The notes under the pieces were generated by a model. The model was not told where the DNA came from and searched no databases. It saw nothing but the letters and a program-made list of their open reading frames with translations. The position numbers and the translations under genes are program-made. From an uncultured Puniceicoccaceae bacterium (lineage in GTDB: Bacteria > Verrucomicrobiota > Verrucomicrobiia > Opitutales > Coraliomargaritaceae), in NCBI GenBank assembly GCA_964473765.1, contig CAYYQG010000001.1, positions 28,667 to 92,666 on the forward strand: 64,000 nucleotides of DNA, given 5' to 3'. The first letter of the stretch is position 1. Each line of letters opens with the position of its first letter. Of this stretch, positions 36,275-45,602 are shown in pieces.

Positions 36275-37644
36275 GAGACTTGTTTCCGTGCCCTCTCGCG
36301 GTTGCTCGACTTGGCGATGCGGAAGTACTGGACGAGAGGGATGCCGGCCGGGCAGACGTAGCTGCAACAGCCGCATTCGAAGCAGTCGTTGAGGTGAAGG
36401 GACTCGGCCATCTCCTCGTAGCGCCGTTTATAGGCGCGCCTGCCCAACTCGCAGGGGTTGAGGTGCATGGGGCAGGCCTCCACGCAGTGCCCGCAGCTGA
36501 TGCAGGGATAGGGGTCGGGCGCGATCTGCCCGCGGGTGTCCTCCTCGGCCAGCACGAGCACACCGCCGCAGCCCTTGGTGATGGGCACGTCAAGCGAGGC
36601 CACCGTGGCACCCATCATGGGACCACCCATGATGAGGTGCCCGGCGTGCCCGCTGAAACCAAGTTTTTCGAGAATGAAGCGCAGGGGCGTGCCGATCGCC
36701 ACGATGTAGTTGCCGGGACGCCCGATGCCGGGCCCGGTGATGGTGACGACCCGCTCGATCACTCCCCCACCCTCCGGCAGGAGACGCCCCAGCTGGGCGG
36801 TGGAGGAAACGTTGAACACCGCCAGCCCAACCGCCGACGGGTAACCCCCGGACGGGATCTCCACGTTCATCAGTGATTTGGCCATCATCTTCTCCGCGCC
36901 CTGCGGGTACTTCGTCCGCACCGCCCGTGCCTCGATGGACCCGTCGGCCGGCAGGTGCGGACGCAGCGCCTCGACCGCGTCGAGCTTGTTGTCCTCGGTC
37001 CCGATGATGGCTTTTTCCGCCCCCAGCGCCCGCATGAACATGCGGGTGCCGGCGACGAGGTCGGCCCCCTGCTCGATCATCACCCGATGGTCGGTGGTGA
37101 GGAAGGGTTCGCACTCGCAACCATTGATGAGGACCGTGTGGACCTTGTGCTCCTTGGGCGGGGACAGCTTGACGTGGGTGGGAAAGGCGGCACCGCCGAG
37201 CCCGACCAGCCCGGTGTCCTGGACCGCCTGGATGATCTCTGGCGGTGTCATGGACTCGACCTCACGCGGCTGGGTGAAACGAACCTCCTGGCTGTCGCCG
37301 GGATAAACCTCGAGGATGATGGAGGGCGTGCGCGGGCCCCGGGCCGACGGCATCAGCTCGATGCGTTTGATCACACCGGTGGCAGGCGCATGCAGGGGGA
37401 CCGACATGAAGCCGTCGGCCCGCGCGATGGGCTCGCCCCGCACGACTTCCTGACCGGGATGCACCAGCGGAACGGACGGCTTGCCCGCGTGCATGGACAG
37501 CGGAAGCACCAATTCAGGCGCGAACGGCAGCCGCTGGATGGGCTTGTTTGCAGTGTAGTGCTTGTTCTCCTCGGGGTGGATCCCGTGGGAGAAACTCGGA
37601 CGCAACCAGTGCGCCGGATTGATAAACTGGAGAAGGTTGCTCAT
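36271..37644 (-). CDS. rnfC: Rnf complex subunit C (NADH-binding, 2x[4Fe-4S])
   Basis: GIHPEENK.., GLVGLGGAAFPTHVKL, ..INGCECEP.., and two CxxCxxCxxxCP motifs (CISCGHCVEACP; CFECGCCSYVCP). Confidence 0.9.
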   Translation of the reverse strand: MSNLLQFINPAHWLRPSFSHGIHPEENKHYTANKPIQRLPFAPELVLPLSMHAGKPSVPLVHPGQEVVRGEPIARADGFMSVPLHAPATGVIKRIELMPSARGPRTPSIILEVYPGDSQEVRFTQPREVESMTPPEIIQAVQDTGLVGLGGAAFPTHVKLSPPKEHKVHTVLINGCECEPFLTTDHRVMIEQGADLVAGTRMFMRALGAEKAIIGTEDNKLDAVEALRPHLPADGSIEARAVRTKYPQGAEKMMAKSLMNVEIPSGGYPSAVGLAVFNVSSTAQLGRLLPEGGGVIERVVTITGPGIGRPGNYIVAIGTPLRFILEKLGFSGHAGHLIMGGPMMGATVASLDVPITKGCGGVLVLAEEDTRGQIAPDPYPCISCGHCVEACPMHLNPCELGRRAYKRRYEEMAESLHLNDCFECGCCSYVCPAGIPLVQYFRIAKSSNRERARKQVS

Positions 37645-37661
37645 GGGGCGGGACGGAACCT

Positions 37662-37682
37662 CGAACGTTCAACATTCAACAC
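37662..37682. repeat. three 7-bp repeats just upstream of the rnfC start
   Basis: cgaacgt tcaacat tcaacac, about 18 nt 5' of the rnfC ATG on the coding strand. Confidence 0.6.
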
Positions 37683-37752
37683 GCCATGTCGAACGGGCCA
37701 GACCTTCCCGGCCCCGCAGCGGAAATCGCGATGTGTCATACTCACCGAAGGT

Positions 37753-37794
37753 CCAAAGTCCAAAGTTCGACGTTCAAAGTTCGACGTTCGAAGT
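37753..37794. repeat. six 7-bp repeats abutting the PFOR stop codon
   Basis: ccaaagt ccaaagt tcgacgt tcaaagt tcgacgt tcgaagt. The next unit, tcatcga, contains the PFOR TGA (37795-37797). Confidence 0.85.
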
Positions 37795-40700
37795 TCATCG
37801 AAACTTCTCCGCCCGCTTGACGAGCTTATCGACGCCCTTCTCGTCGGGATCGGCCGGGGTGCCGGGGTGGATGCAACGGCCGGTGCACTTCTCCGCCGCC
37901 CGCACGATGTCCTTGTAGGGCCCGCCGCGCGGATCCTTGACGAAGGCCTTCTTGTTGGCGTCGTACTCGAAAATCTTCGGGTTGATGTTCACGCACTCGT
38001 CGCAGGAGGTGCACTCCGCCTGGTCGATCCAGGCCGCTTCGAATCCGCCCGCCGCCGCTGGGGCCGACGCCTCCGCGCCGGGGGCGGGCGCCCCGTTGGT
38101 CCCGGCCTCCGGTTGAGCCGGCAGGATACTTTTACCGGCCTCGCCCGAGAGCATCGCCATGAGCCCGCCTGCCAGCTTCTGTGCGGTCTCGGCGCGCACC
38201 TGCCGGGCGATGGCCTCGGGGTCGACCTTGCCGGATAGTCCCGCCAAGCCTTTCAAGGTGCGCCAGAAGGACAGGCGTTCCTCGGTCGAGGCGACCATTT
38301 CGCCCGAGACGAGGACGCGCATGAGCCGGTTCTTGCCGTCCACCGCCCAGACGTAGGGGAACTGGTCCTCCCGCTCCTCCGCGTCCAGCTTGATGAACTC
38401 GGCCAACGGCACCATGTTCTCATTCCAGGTGTCGGGCGGGGCCTTGCGGAAGTGTTTGCGGAAACGGCCTTCCTGTACCGCGAAATCTGCGAACGTCATG
38501 GGCAGTTCCATGCTCTTCTCGTTGCCGTCCTCGTCGGTGTACTTGAGGCTGTAGACCGGCCAGTCGTCGTCGAGTGCGGGGTTGCCCTCGATGTCGATGC
38601 ATGTCTCCCACTCGTCGCCCAGTTCGGGGTCGAAGCGCATGACCGGGTAGGCGCGCGACTCCAGAGCCATTTTGCTGCGCAGTGAGCTGGAGTCGTCAGG
38701 CACGCCGTGCTCCGGCTGGCAGACCGCATAGACGTTGAAGAGGGCCGGCCGCCGCTGGTTGAGCCCGTCGATAAAGCCTTCCAGCAGATGGGTGACGTTG
38801 GCCATGTTGCCCTGCAGGATAAAAGCGGAGCGGTGAGCGGCCCCAATCAGGCTGATCTCTTTGCGGATCTCGGTCTTGCCCTTCCAGGCCTTGCCGTAGG
38901 GCGCCATGTCGGAGATCTGCCCGACGAAACCGGAGGTACAGGCCTGCCCGCCGGTATTGGAATAGACCTGGGTGTCGAGCACGAGGATCTTGAGCGGGCG
39001 CCCCGCCATGAGGGCGCGGGAGACGTTCTGGAACCCGATGTCGTACATCGCCCCGTCACCCCCCACCGCGACCACTGGAGGACAGAGCAAGTACTCCTCG
39101 TCGGTGAACTCTTTCCACGCGAAGTACCGGAGCGATTCCTCGAGCTTCTGGTAGTCGTCGCCCCCCAGCTCGGCCTCGGCCATACGAATGGCCTTGAAGC
39201 CGTCGGCCATGGAACGCATGTGCCCCTCGAAAAGCCCGAGGGAGACGGAAGGCGCGTCCTGGAAGAGGTGGTTGGACCAGGGGAAGGGGTACGGGTTGTA
39301 GGGGAAGGACGAACCGTAGACGGAGGAACAACCGGTGGCGTTCATGAAGCCGAGATTGGCGCGTCCGTTCTTCGTCGGGCCTTCGGTGTAACGCCACTTC
39401 AGGTCCTTCAGCCGGGCCAGCAGGTTGCTCACCCAGGTGAGCCACTCCTGGTCCAGGGGGGAACCGCCGGAGCGCTGGTCGAGGTTTTCGGCCAGCTCGG
39501 AGAACTTGAGGTCACGGTCCTTGTGTGAGGCAACGATCTCGCCGATGGCACCGAGGTCGCTGATGTCGACCGTGTCGGCCAGCCTCGTCTTGACGTGCTT
39601 CTCCAGCCGTCCGATGAGGTCGTCGATCTTCTCCACCTGCTTCTTCACGCGCGGCTGCATGAGAGCCGTGATCGTTCCGGTGAAAAGATGGAGAATCCCT
39701 TTTTCGCCGCAGCCGGTGCAGGAACCGTCGCCGCAGACCATCGAGTTGTAGACGTTCTTGTCCATCAGCATGGTCTCGAGCGCACCGATCTTCTCGTCGA
39801 TGTCGTCGATGCGGATGAAGTCTTTCGGCGTGTTGGGCAGATCGAGCCAGAAGTCCCATTCCCGCTCCAGGTCGGCGACCGACTCCTTGGTCTGCTCCCG
39901 CGCTGTCAGGGCGCCGTCGTCGCAGACATCGACGCAGAGCATGCAACCCTTGCAGGTGTAGGGATTGACGGTGATGGCAAAGAGCCCGCCACTGCCGGCC
40001 CCGGCCTTTTCCCGCTGGTCGAAGTACGGCTTGGTCAAGGCGAACTTGAAGTCGCCCATGGCCTCGCGCAACCAGCCGATCTCGGTTTCCAGCGCCTCCT
40101 TGTCCTCCGTTTCCTCGGACAGGGTTTCAGTCACCGCGAGGTCGAGAAGCGGGGCAAAGTCGACGCTGTTGCTGCCGTTCTGATGCGAGGCGGCGGCCGC
40201 GCGGATCTTTTTCTCGAGGGTACGCACCGCCCGGGGCAGCCGCTTGACCTCGTGGCCGGCCTTCTGCACCCGTTTGATGGCGGTCTCGAAGACGCCGGTA
40301 ACGGTGGAGGCGAGGCCGGGGATGGCGCTGTCGGGGCAGACCGTGAAGCAATCGCTGCAGGCGGTGCACTTCTCCGGGTGCCAGACCGGATGGTTGAAGC
40401 GGATCTGCGTCATATTGCGGAACACCCCGGTGTTGGCCGGGATGAGCGCAAGGGCGTTGAAGGGGTCGGCCAGGTTGTCGTTGGGCCGGCCGCCGAGGTA
40501 GAAGCTGCCGGTCTGCTCCCAGAAACGGTGGATGTCGGTCTTGGGATCCTCGCTGGCCGGCATGCGCTTGAGCATGACCGGGAGATTGGTCGCGCGCCGG
40601 GCCGGAACGGCCTCGCCACCGAGGGTCTTGTCGGTGATCTCAGTGATCTCATCGAAGCCGCGGCGGACCACCCGCATATTATCCTCCACCACCCGGGCGC

Positions 40701-42723
40701 CTTTGCTCCCGAACTTCTTCGTCACCTGGTCGCGGATGGCCTTGAAGAGTGATTCCTCGGTCAGGTTGACCGCCTTGGCCAGGCTGGAGCCGGCGAAGAA
40801 CGCGCCCTGGAAGGCGATTCCCTGCATGCGGAACTGCAGTTCGGAGTCGCTCGCCTCCTCCCGTGCGATCTTGAAAGCGTCGAGGTAGCAGACCTTGATC
40901 TCGTTTTCCGAAATGTACTTACGGGCAGCGGCCGGGAAGGATGCCCACACCGCCTCGGGCGAGTCGAGATCGCTCTGAATGATGAAGGAGCCGCCCTTCT
41001 TCAGTCCAAAGAGCGGGTTGGAATGGCTGAAGACGTTGGGATCGGGCGAGAGCACCGCGTCGACGAAGAAGTATTCGCAGTTGATGCGGATGGGCTCGGG
41101 CGCCGCCGAGAGGTAGTAGGTGGTGGGCTGGCCCTTCTTCTCGGAACCGTACTTTGGGTTGGCCTTGATGTCGTATCCAAGAAGGTCATACAAGGTGATG
41201 GCCAGGTTCTTGCCGGTGGTGATGGCACCCCAGCCGCCGACCGAGTGGATGCGCACGGTGACCGCGCCCTTGGGCAGGAGGTTGGGATTTTCGCTGCCGC
41301 GCAGAGCCAGTTCCCGGACCCGGGGGTAGTCCGCCGCCAACTGCTGCTGGTGGATCTCGTTCTTGGGCGAGGACGGCTGGTCGTGGAGGAAATCGATGGA
41401 GAGGTAGAAGAACTTCTTCCGCTTGCCGGACGGGAGCATGTTTTCGATCGCCCCGACCACGCCTTCGGGCTGAAGGTCGCGGCTGCCCATGCCGAAGCAG
41501 CCCGAGAAAAGAGGCGGCAGGTCGCCCGACCGGGTGTAGCTGGCGTACTTCGGGTAGGGTTTGTCGCCCTTCCCGGCGGCGCCGTTCTCCAGGCACTTGG
41601 CGGTGGATGCGCGGATCTCCCGGATGAGCGGGAGGTCCTCCGCCAGAGGCTGGTCCGTGCGCTCCAGTACCACCACGCCCTTACGGCCCTTGATGATTTC
41701 GCCCAGGAGATCGCCGGGGAACGGGCGGAACATGGTCATGTTGACCACGCCCACCTTGACGCCCGTTTTTTCCCGCAGGTAGTCGGCCACGGCCTCGGCG
41801 GTGCCGATGACGCTGCCTTGCCCGACCACGAGGTACTCGGCGTCCTCGCAGCGGTAGGTGGCCACGCGGCTGTACTGGCGTCCGGTGAGCCCGGCATATT
41901 CGGCCATGCACTGTTCGGTGATCTCCGCGATGTGGTCAAAGAAGTACGGACGCTGGGCCGCCACCGACTGCATGTAGGCGTCCTGGTTCTGGACGGGCCC
42001 GGAGAGCACCGGGTTGTCCACATCCCAGAGCACCGGCACGCGGCGGCGCTTGTCGCCGTAGAGCATGCGCTGGGCCGGGGTCGGGGTGTCGATGATGTCT
42101 TCGGCCCGTCCGAGGAACTCGAAAATGAGGTCGCGCTCGGGGATCTTCAGGGTCTCGATCAGGTGGGTGGTGAGGAAGCCGTCCTGCCCGACGGCGCCGG
42201 GGGTGAGGGAAAGCTCGGCGATCTTGCGCGCGATGAGGTTGAGGTCGGCCGCCTCCTGGGCGTTCTTGCCCATGACCTGGAAGAAGCCGGTGTCGTCCAT
42301 CAGGTGGTAGTCGTCGTGGCCCGCGTGCACGTTAAGCGTGCTCTTGGTGATGGCGCGGCAGCCGATATTGAGGATGTAGGGCAGGCGCTTGCCCACGGCC
42401 GCGTAGAGCGACTCGTGCATGTAGGCAATGCCCTGGCCGGAGGAGAAATTGCTCGCGCGCAGGCCGCTCATGGACATTCCGGCGGTGACCCCGGCGGCGG
42501 CGTGCTCGCCTTCGGGCTCGACGAAAATGAGCGGCCGCCCGGCGGTGTTGATGTGCCCCTTGGCCGTTTCCTCGGCCCAGTACTCGCCCATCTGGGTGGA
42601 CGGGGTGATGGGGTACGCGCCGGCCGCGTCGCTGGATTCGCGTTCGCACATGATGACGGCGGAGTTACCGTCCATTGCCACCGGAATGCCGGGGTATTTA
42701 ATCTCTTTGTTTTTCGCAGCCAT
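37795..42723 (-). CDS. giant pyruvate/2-oxoacid:ferredoxin oxidoreductase (single-chain NifJ/PFOR type) with a C-terminal fused ferredoxin-like domain, 1642 aa
   Basis: N-terminal PFOR domain I (AGAYPITPSTQMGEYW..EGEHAAAG). Internal 2x[4Fe-4S] motifs (CTACSDCFTVCP; CKGCMLCVDVCDDGA). TPP motif GGDGAMYDIGF...SNTGGQ. After an Ala/Pro/Gly linker the extreme C-terminus reads AWIDQAECTSCDECVNINPKIFEYD...AAEKCTGRCIHPG, a single-cluster ferredoxin pattern. Confidence 0.9.
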   Translation of the reverse strand: MAAKNKEIKYPGIPVAMDGNSAVIMCERESSDAAGAYPITPSTQMGEYWAEETAKGHINTAGRPLIFVEPEGEHAAAGVTAGMSMSGLRASNFSSGQGIAYMHESLYAAVGKRLPYILNIGCRAITKSTLNVHAGHDDYHLMDDTGFFQVMGKNAQEAADLNLIARKIAELSLTPGAVGQDGFLTTHLIETLKIPERDLIFEFLGRAEDIIDTPTPAQRMLYGDKRRRVPVLWDVDNPVLSGPVQNQDAYMQSVAAQRPYFFDHIAEITEQCMAEYAGLTGRQYSRVATYRCEDAEYLVVGQGSVIGTAEAVADYLREKTGVKVGVVNMTMFRPFPGDLLGEIIKGRKGVVVLERTDQPLAEDLPLIREIRASTAKCLENGAAGKGDKPYPKYASYTRSGDLPPLFSGCFGMGSRDLQPEGVVGAIENMLPSGKRKKFFYLSIDFLHDQPSSPKNEIHQQQLAADYPRVRELALRGSENPNLLPKGAVTVRIHSVGGWGAITTGKNLAITLYDLLGYDIKANPKYGSEKKGQPTTYYLSAAPEPIRINCEYFFVDAVLSPDPNVFSHSNPLFGLKKGGSFIIQSDLDSPEAVWASFPAAARKYISENEIKVCYLDAFKIAREEASDSELQFRMQGIAFQGAFFAGSSLAKAVNLTEESLFKAIRDQVTKKFGSKGARVVEDNMRVVRRGFDEITEITDKTLGGEAVPARRATNLPVMLKRMPASEDPKTDIHRFWEQTGSFYLGGRPNDNLADPFNALALIPANTGVFRNMTQIRFNHPVWHPEKCTACSDCFTVCPDSAIPGLASTVTGVFETAIKRVQKAGHEVKRLPRAVRTLEKKIRAAAASHQNGSNSVDFAPLLDLAVTETLSEETEDKEALETEIGWLREAMGDFKFALTKPYFDQREKAGAGSGGLFAITVNPYTCKGCMLCVDVCDDGALTAREQTKESVADLEREWDFWLDLPNTPKDFIRIDDIDEKIGALETMLMDKNVYNSMVCGDGSCTGCGEKGILHLFTGTITALMQPRVKKQVEKIDDLIGRLEKHVKTRLADTVDISDLGAIGEIVASHKDRDLKFSELAENLDQRSGGSPLDQEWLTWVSNLLARLKDLKWRYTEGPTKNGRANLGFMNATGCSSVYGSSFPYNPYPFPWSNHLFQDAPSVSLGLFEGHMRSMADGFKAIRMAEAELGGDDYQKLEESLRYFAWKEFTDEEYLLCPPVVAVGGDGAMYDIGFQNVSRALMAGRPLKILVLDTQVYSNTGGQACTSGFVGQISDMAPYGKAWKGKTEIRKEISLIGAAHRSAFILQGNMANVTHLLEGFIDGLNQRRPALFNVYAVCQPEHGVPDDSSSLRSKMALESRAYPVMRFDPELGDEWETCIDIEGNPALDDDWPVYSLKYTDEDGNEKSMELPMTFADFAVQEGRFRKHFRKAPPDTWNENMVPLAEFIKLDAEEREDQFPYVWAVDGKNRLMRVLVSGEMVASTEERLSFWRTLKGLAGLSGKVDPEAIARQVRAETAQKLAGGLMAMLSGEAGKSILPAQPEAGTNGAPAPGAEASAPAAAGGFEAAWIDQAECTSCDECVNINPKIFEYDANKKAFVKDPRGGPYKDIVRAAEKCTGRCIHPGTPADPDEKGVDKLVKRAEKFR

Positions 42724-42771
42724 AGCTTGGAATGTCAGGTTTCGGGTGATTGTTGGCGTATCAAAAGCAGT

Positions 42772-43665
42772 TCATTTGCGATCCGGAAGCACGGGAAGCG
42801 GCTCCTTGCGCACGATTTTCCTGGCGGCGGGTCCCTTAGTGAAGGTGCCGTCCTTTTCCCACCATCCGATGGCCCCGGTGGGGCAGCGTTCGATGGCTTC
42901 GCGCGCGGTCAGTTCGTTCTTGGAGTAGTCGACCACGGCGAGGTTCTTCTTGATGCAGATGACGCCCTCGGGGGCGTCCATGGCACAGCGCGCGCAGCCG
43001 GTGCAGGCGACCTCGCAGTCGGCCAGGGCCTCGTCGCCCTCGGCCAAGCTTTTGCAGGCGACCCAGAGGCGGTGGCTGACTGGATGCAGCTCAAAGAGAT
43101 CGAGCGGACAGGCGACGACGCAGTCGTTGCAGGCCACGCACTTGTCCTCGTCCACCACCGGGAGGCCATAACGGTTCATGCGGATAGCGTCGAAATCGCA
43201 GGCGACCTCGCAGTCGCCCAGCCCGAGGCAACCCCAGGCACAGGCCTTTCCGCCGCCGCCCGCCACGGCCGCCGCCCGGCAGGTGCCCATGCCGGAGTAG
43301 CGCGCCCGCATGCGGGCCACATGGTTGCCGCCGGCGCAGGCCAGGCGGGCCACCACCTTCTCCTTATTCCCCAGCTCGACCCCGAGGTATTCGGCAATGA
43401 AGGCGGCCATCTCCCTCGACCCCACAGTGCACTGGGCGGGGTTGGATCCGCCGCCCACGCAGGATTCGGCAAAGGCGCGGCAGCCGGGCGACCCGCAGGC
43501 GCCGCAGTTGGTGCCGGGTAACATCTCCTCGACCTCCCCGATGCGGGGATCCTCCGACACCTGCAGTTTCTTGTCGGCCAGCGCCAGCACGGCGGCGAGC
43601 ACGAAGCCGAGCACGCCCATGAAAACAAGGGCGCCAACCACGTAGTTGAGGACTTCTCCACTCAT
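42772..43665 (-). CDS. rnfB: Rnf complex subunit B (polyferredoxin)
   Basis: N-terminal TM helix, LPGTNCGACGSPGCRAFAE cluster motif, and several CxxCxxCxxxCP-type motifs. I prefer ATG 43665 (ATGA overlap with the apbE stop) over the GTG at 43677. Confidence 0.85.
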   Translation of the reverse strand: MSGEVLNYVVGALVFMGVLGFVLAAVLALADKKLQVSEDPRIGEVEEMLPGTNCGACGSPGCRAFAESCVGGGSNPAQCTVGSREMAAFIAEYLGVELGNKEKVVARLACAGGNHVARMRARYSGMGTCRAAAVAGGGGKACAWGCLGLGDCEVACDFDAIRMNRYGLPVVDEDKCVACNDCVVACPLDLFELHPVSHRLWVACKSLAEGDEALADCEVACTGCARCAMDAPEGVICIKKNLAVVDYSKNELTAREAIERCPTGAIGWWEKDGTFTKGPAARKIVRKEPLPVLPDRK

Positions 43666-44720
43666 CCGTTCGCCCACTGGGTTTTCATTCGGCTCGAGGC
43701 CTCTTCGGGAAATCCGCCCGTGCGCGTGACCGTGCCGTTCTTGCCGACGAAGAGGGCTTCCGCTCCCGGGGTCGATTCGACCAGTGCCCTGCCCTTCTCC
43801 GGCCCCATGAGGAAGACGGCCGTGGAAAGCGCGTCCGCCTCCAGCGCGGTCGGCGCTGCCACCGAAACACTGGAAAACTCCACCGGTGAACGACCGGTGC
43901 GCGGGTCAATCAAATGGTGATCGCGGTAGCCTTCGCCAAAGCGGGTCTCGTAGTCGCCGGAAGTGGACAGGCTGAGTCCGCGCAGCGCCGCCATCCCGAT
44001 GAAATGCCCCGCCTCCCGCGGATGCCGGATCCCCACCGTCCAGCGGCCGGTGTCGGGCCTGCCGCCCAGCGATCCGATCTCTCCCGTATCGATCAAAGCA
44101 CTACGGATGCCGTGCGCGCCCAGCGTCCGCCCCACCACGTCGGCGGCAAAACCTTGCGCGATGCCGTTCAGCGTCACAGCCGTGCCTCGCCCGCGTAAAT
44201 TCACCCGCCCCGGGGTGATCTCCACCCGGTGCCAGTCCACCTTGCCCAGCGCCTCACCAAGCTCGTCCGCCCCGGGCAACCCGCCGCCCGCCGCCGCCGC
44301 CTCGTAAAGCTCCCATAGAGGCTGCACCGTGACGTCGAAGGCGCCTCCGCTCCGCTCCGAAATGCGCCGCGCCGCACCCAACACCTCCAGCAGCCACGAG
44401 TCCGGGTCCTCCAGCAGGCCGTCCCGGTTGAGGCGGCTCAACTGGCTGTCCGCCCGGTAAAGACTCATCACCCGCTCAACCCGCTCGAGGGACGCAAAGG
44501 CCTCGTCCAAAGCCGCCTCCGCTTCCGCCGCCGAACCGTGGAAAACCGTCATCCGTACCGCCCCACCCAAGGCCGCGCCAGACCGCTCAAATCGTATCCC
44601 GGACACCGCCGGCCCGACCGCCGCCGATCCCGTCGCGACGGTCCCCAGTCCCGCTCTCCAGGCCGCCCAACTGCCCGCCGCGCCTCCCAAAACACTGAGT
44701 ATGAATGTTCGCCTTTTCAT
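43662..44720 (-). CDS. apbE: FAD:protein FMN transferase (ApbE family)
   Basis: Tat/Sec-like N-terminus (MKRRTFILSVLGGAAGSWAA). ..MSLYRADSQLSRLN.. and ..GAFDVTVQPLWELY.. motifs, then LNGIAQGFAAD and SGDYE. Confidence 0.85.
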   Translation of the reverse strand: MKRRTFILSVLGGAAGSWAAWRAGLGTVATGSAAVGPAVSGIRFERSGAALGGAVRMTVFHGSAAEAEAALDEAFASLERVERVMSLYRADSQLSRLNRDGLLEDPDSWLLEVLGAARRISERSGGAFDVTVQPLWELYEAAAAGGGLPGADELGEALGKVDWHRVEITPGRVNLRGRGTAVTLNGIAQGFAADVVGRTLGAHGIRSALIDTGEIGSLGGRPDTGRWTVGIRHPREAGHFIGMAALRGLSLSTSGDYETRFGEGYRDHHLIDPRTGRSPVEFSSVSVAAPTALEADALSTAVFLMGPEKGRALVESTPGAEALFVGKNGTVTRTGGFPEEASSRMKTQWANG

Positions 44721-44918
44721 GGTCTTGCGCGCTTTCGTCGATTTTCCGGCTCTAGCTCTCCTTTACAAGGTTCCCGATTCCGGGGGTTGAAAAGAAAAAC
44801 TTATGTCAGGAGGTCTTGGGATAAGTTTTACTAAATGGGTGCAATTTAAGTCAAGCTACTCTTTAAAATTAAAAATGCAAAAGATAATTACCGGGCTTGC
44901 CACCCTCGTGGCGGCAGC

Positions 44919-45602
44919 TTGCCTGACGCCATGCCTGCTTCCCGCGAAGCATCCGCGCTTCCTTCTCCGGTCCTGGTGATGGATGCCAGCGGCGAAACCG
45001 CCACCGCCGGCGTGCTCGGTCCGGACGGGGTCTGGCTGGCTTGGACGGAGGGAATGGCGGGTGCGCTGGAGGGCCTTTTTCCAGCGGTCAGGACGGTGCT
45101 GGCGGACTCGAAGCTGGAAATCGGCGGGCTGGCGGGGCTGGTCAATTGCCAGGGTCCGGGTTCGGTGCTGGGTGTCCGTCTCGCCGCCATGGCGGCGGAG
45201 GCCTGGCGGCGTCTGCCGGAGCGCTCTTTGCCGGTATTCCGCTACGACAGTCTGCGTCTGACGGCGGCGCTTCTGGCAGCGGACGGGGTGAGCGAGGCTT
45301 TGGTGTTTTCGGAATGGAAGCAGGACGCGTGGAAGGCATTGGCGCTGGAGGGGGGAGTGGCGGGCGCTTCCTTTGTCCTGAACGACGCAGAATTGGCTGC
45401 CCACCCGCTGACGCCGCACCACCTGCCTCGGCGCAAGGGCTGGCACGATGCGCCCGGGCGGGCCCGGCGTCTGCGCTATGAGCCGCGGCGTCTGCCGGAG
45501 GTGATCGGGACCACCGGGCTGCTGGAACCCTGCGGCGCGGAGGTGTTGCCGGCGGCGGAGGTCCCGGAGTACCGGAAGTGGACGCCGAAGCGCCACCGTT
45601 GA
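44919..45602 (+). CDS. tsaB: TsaB-like protein (t6A biosynthesis, YeaZ family); start uncertain
   Basis: [16 protein letters not shown] aligns with ILAIDTS..CSVAL of Yea[18 protein letters not shown] aligns with GPGSFTGVRIG. Confidence 0.55.
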   Translation: MPDAMPASREASALPSPVLVMDASGETATAGVLGPDGVWLAWTEGMAGALEGLFPAVRTVLADSKLEIGGLAGLVNCQGPGSVLGVRLAAMAAEAWRRLPERSLPVFRYDSLRLTAALLAADGVSEALVFSEWKQDAWKALALEGGVAGASFVLNDAELAAHPLTPHHLPRRKGWHDAPGRARRLRYEPRRLPEVIGTTGLLEPCGAEVLPAAEVPEYRKWTPKRHR

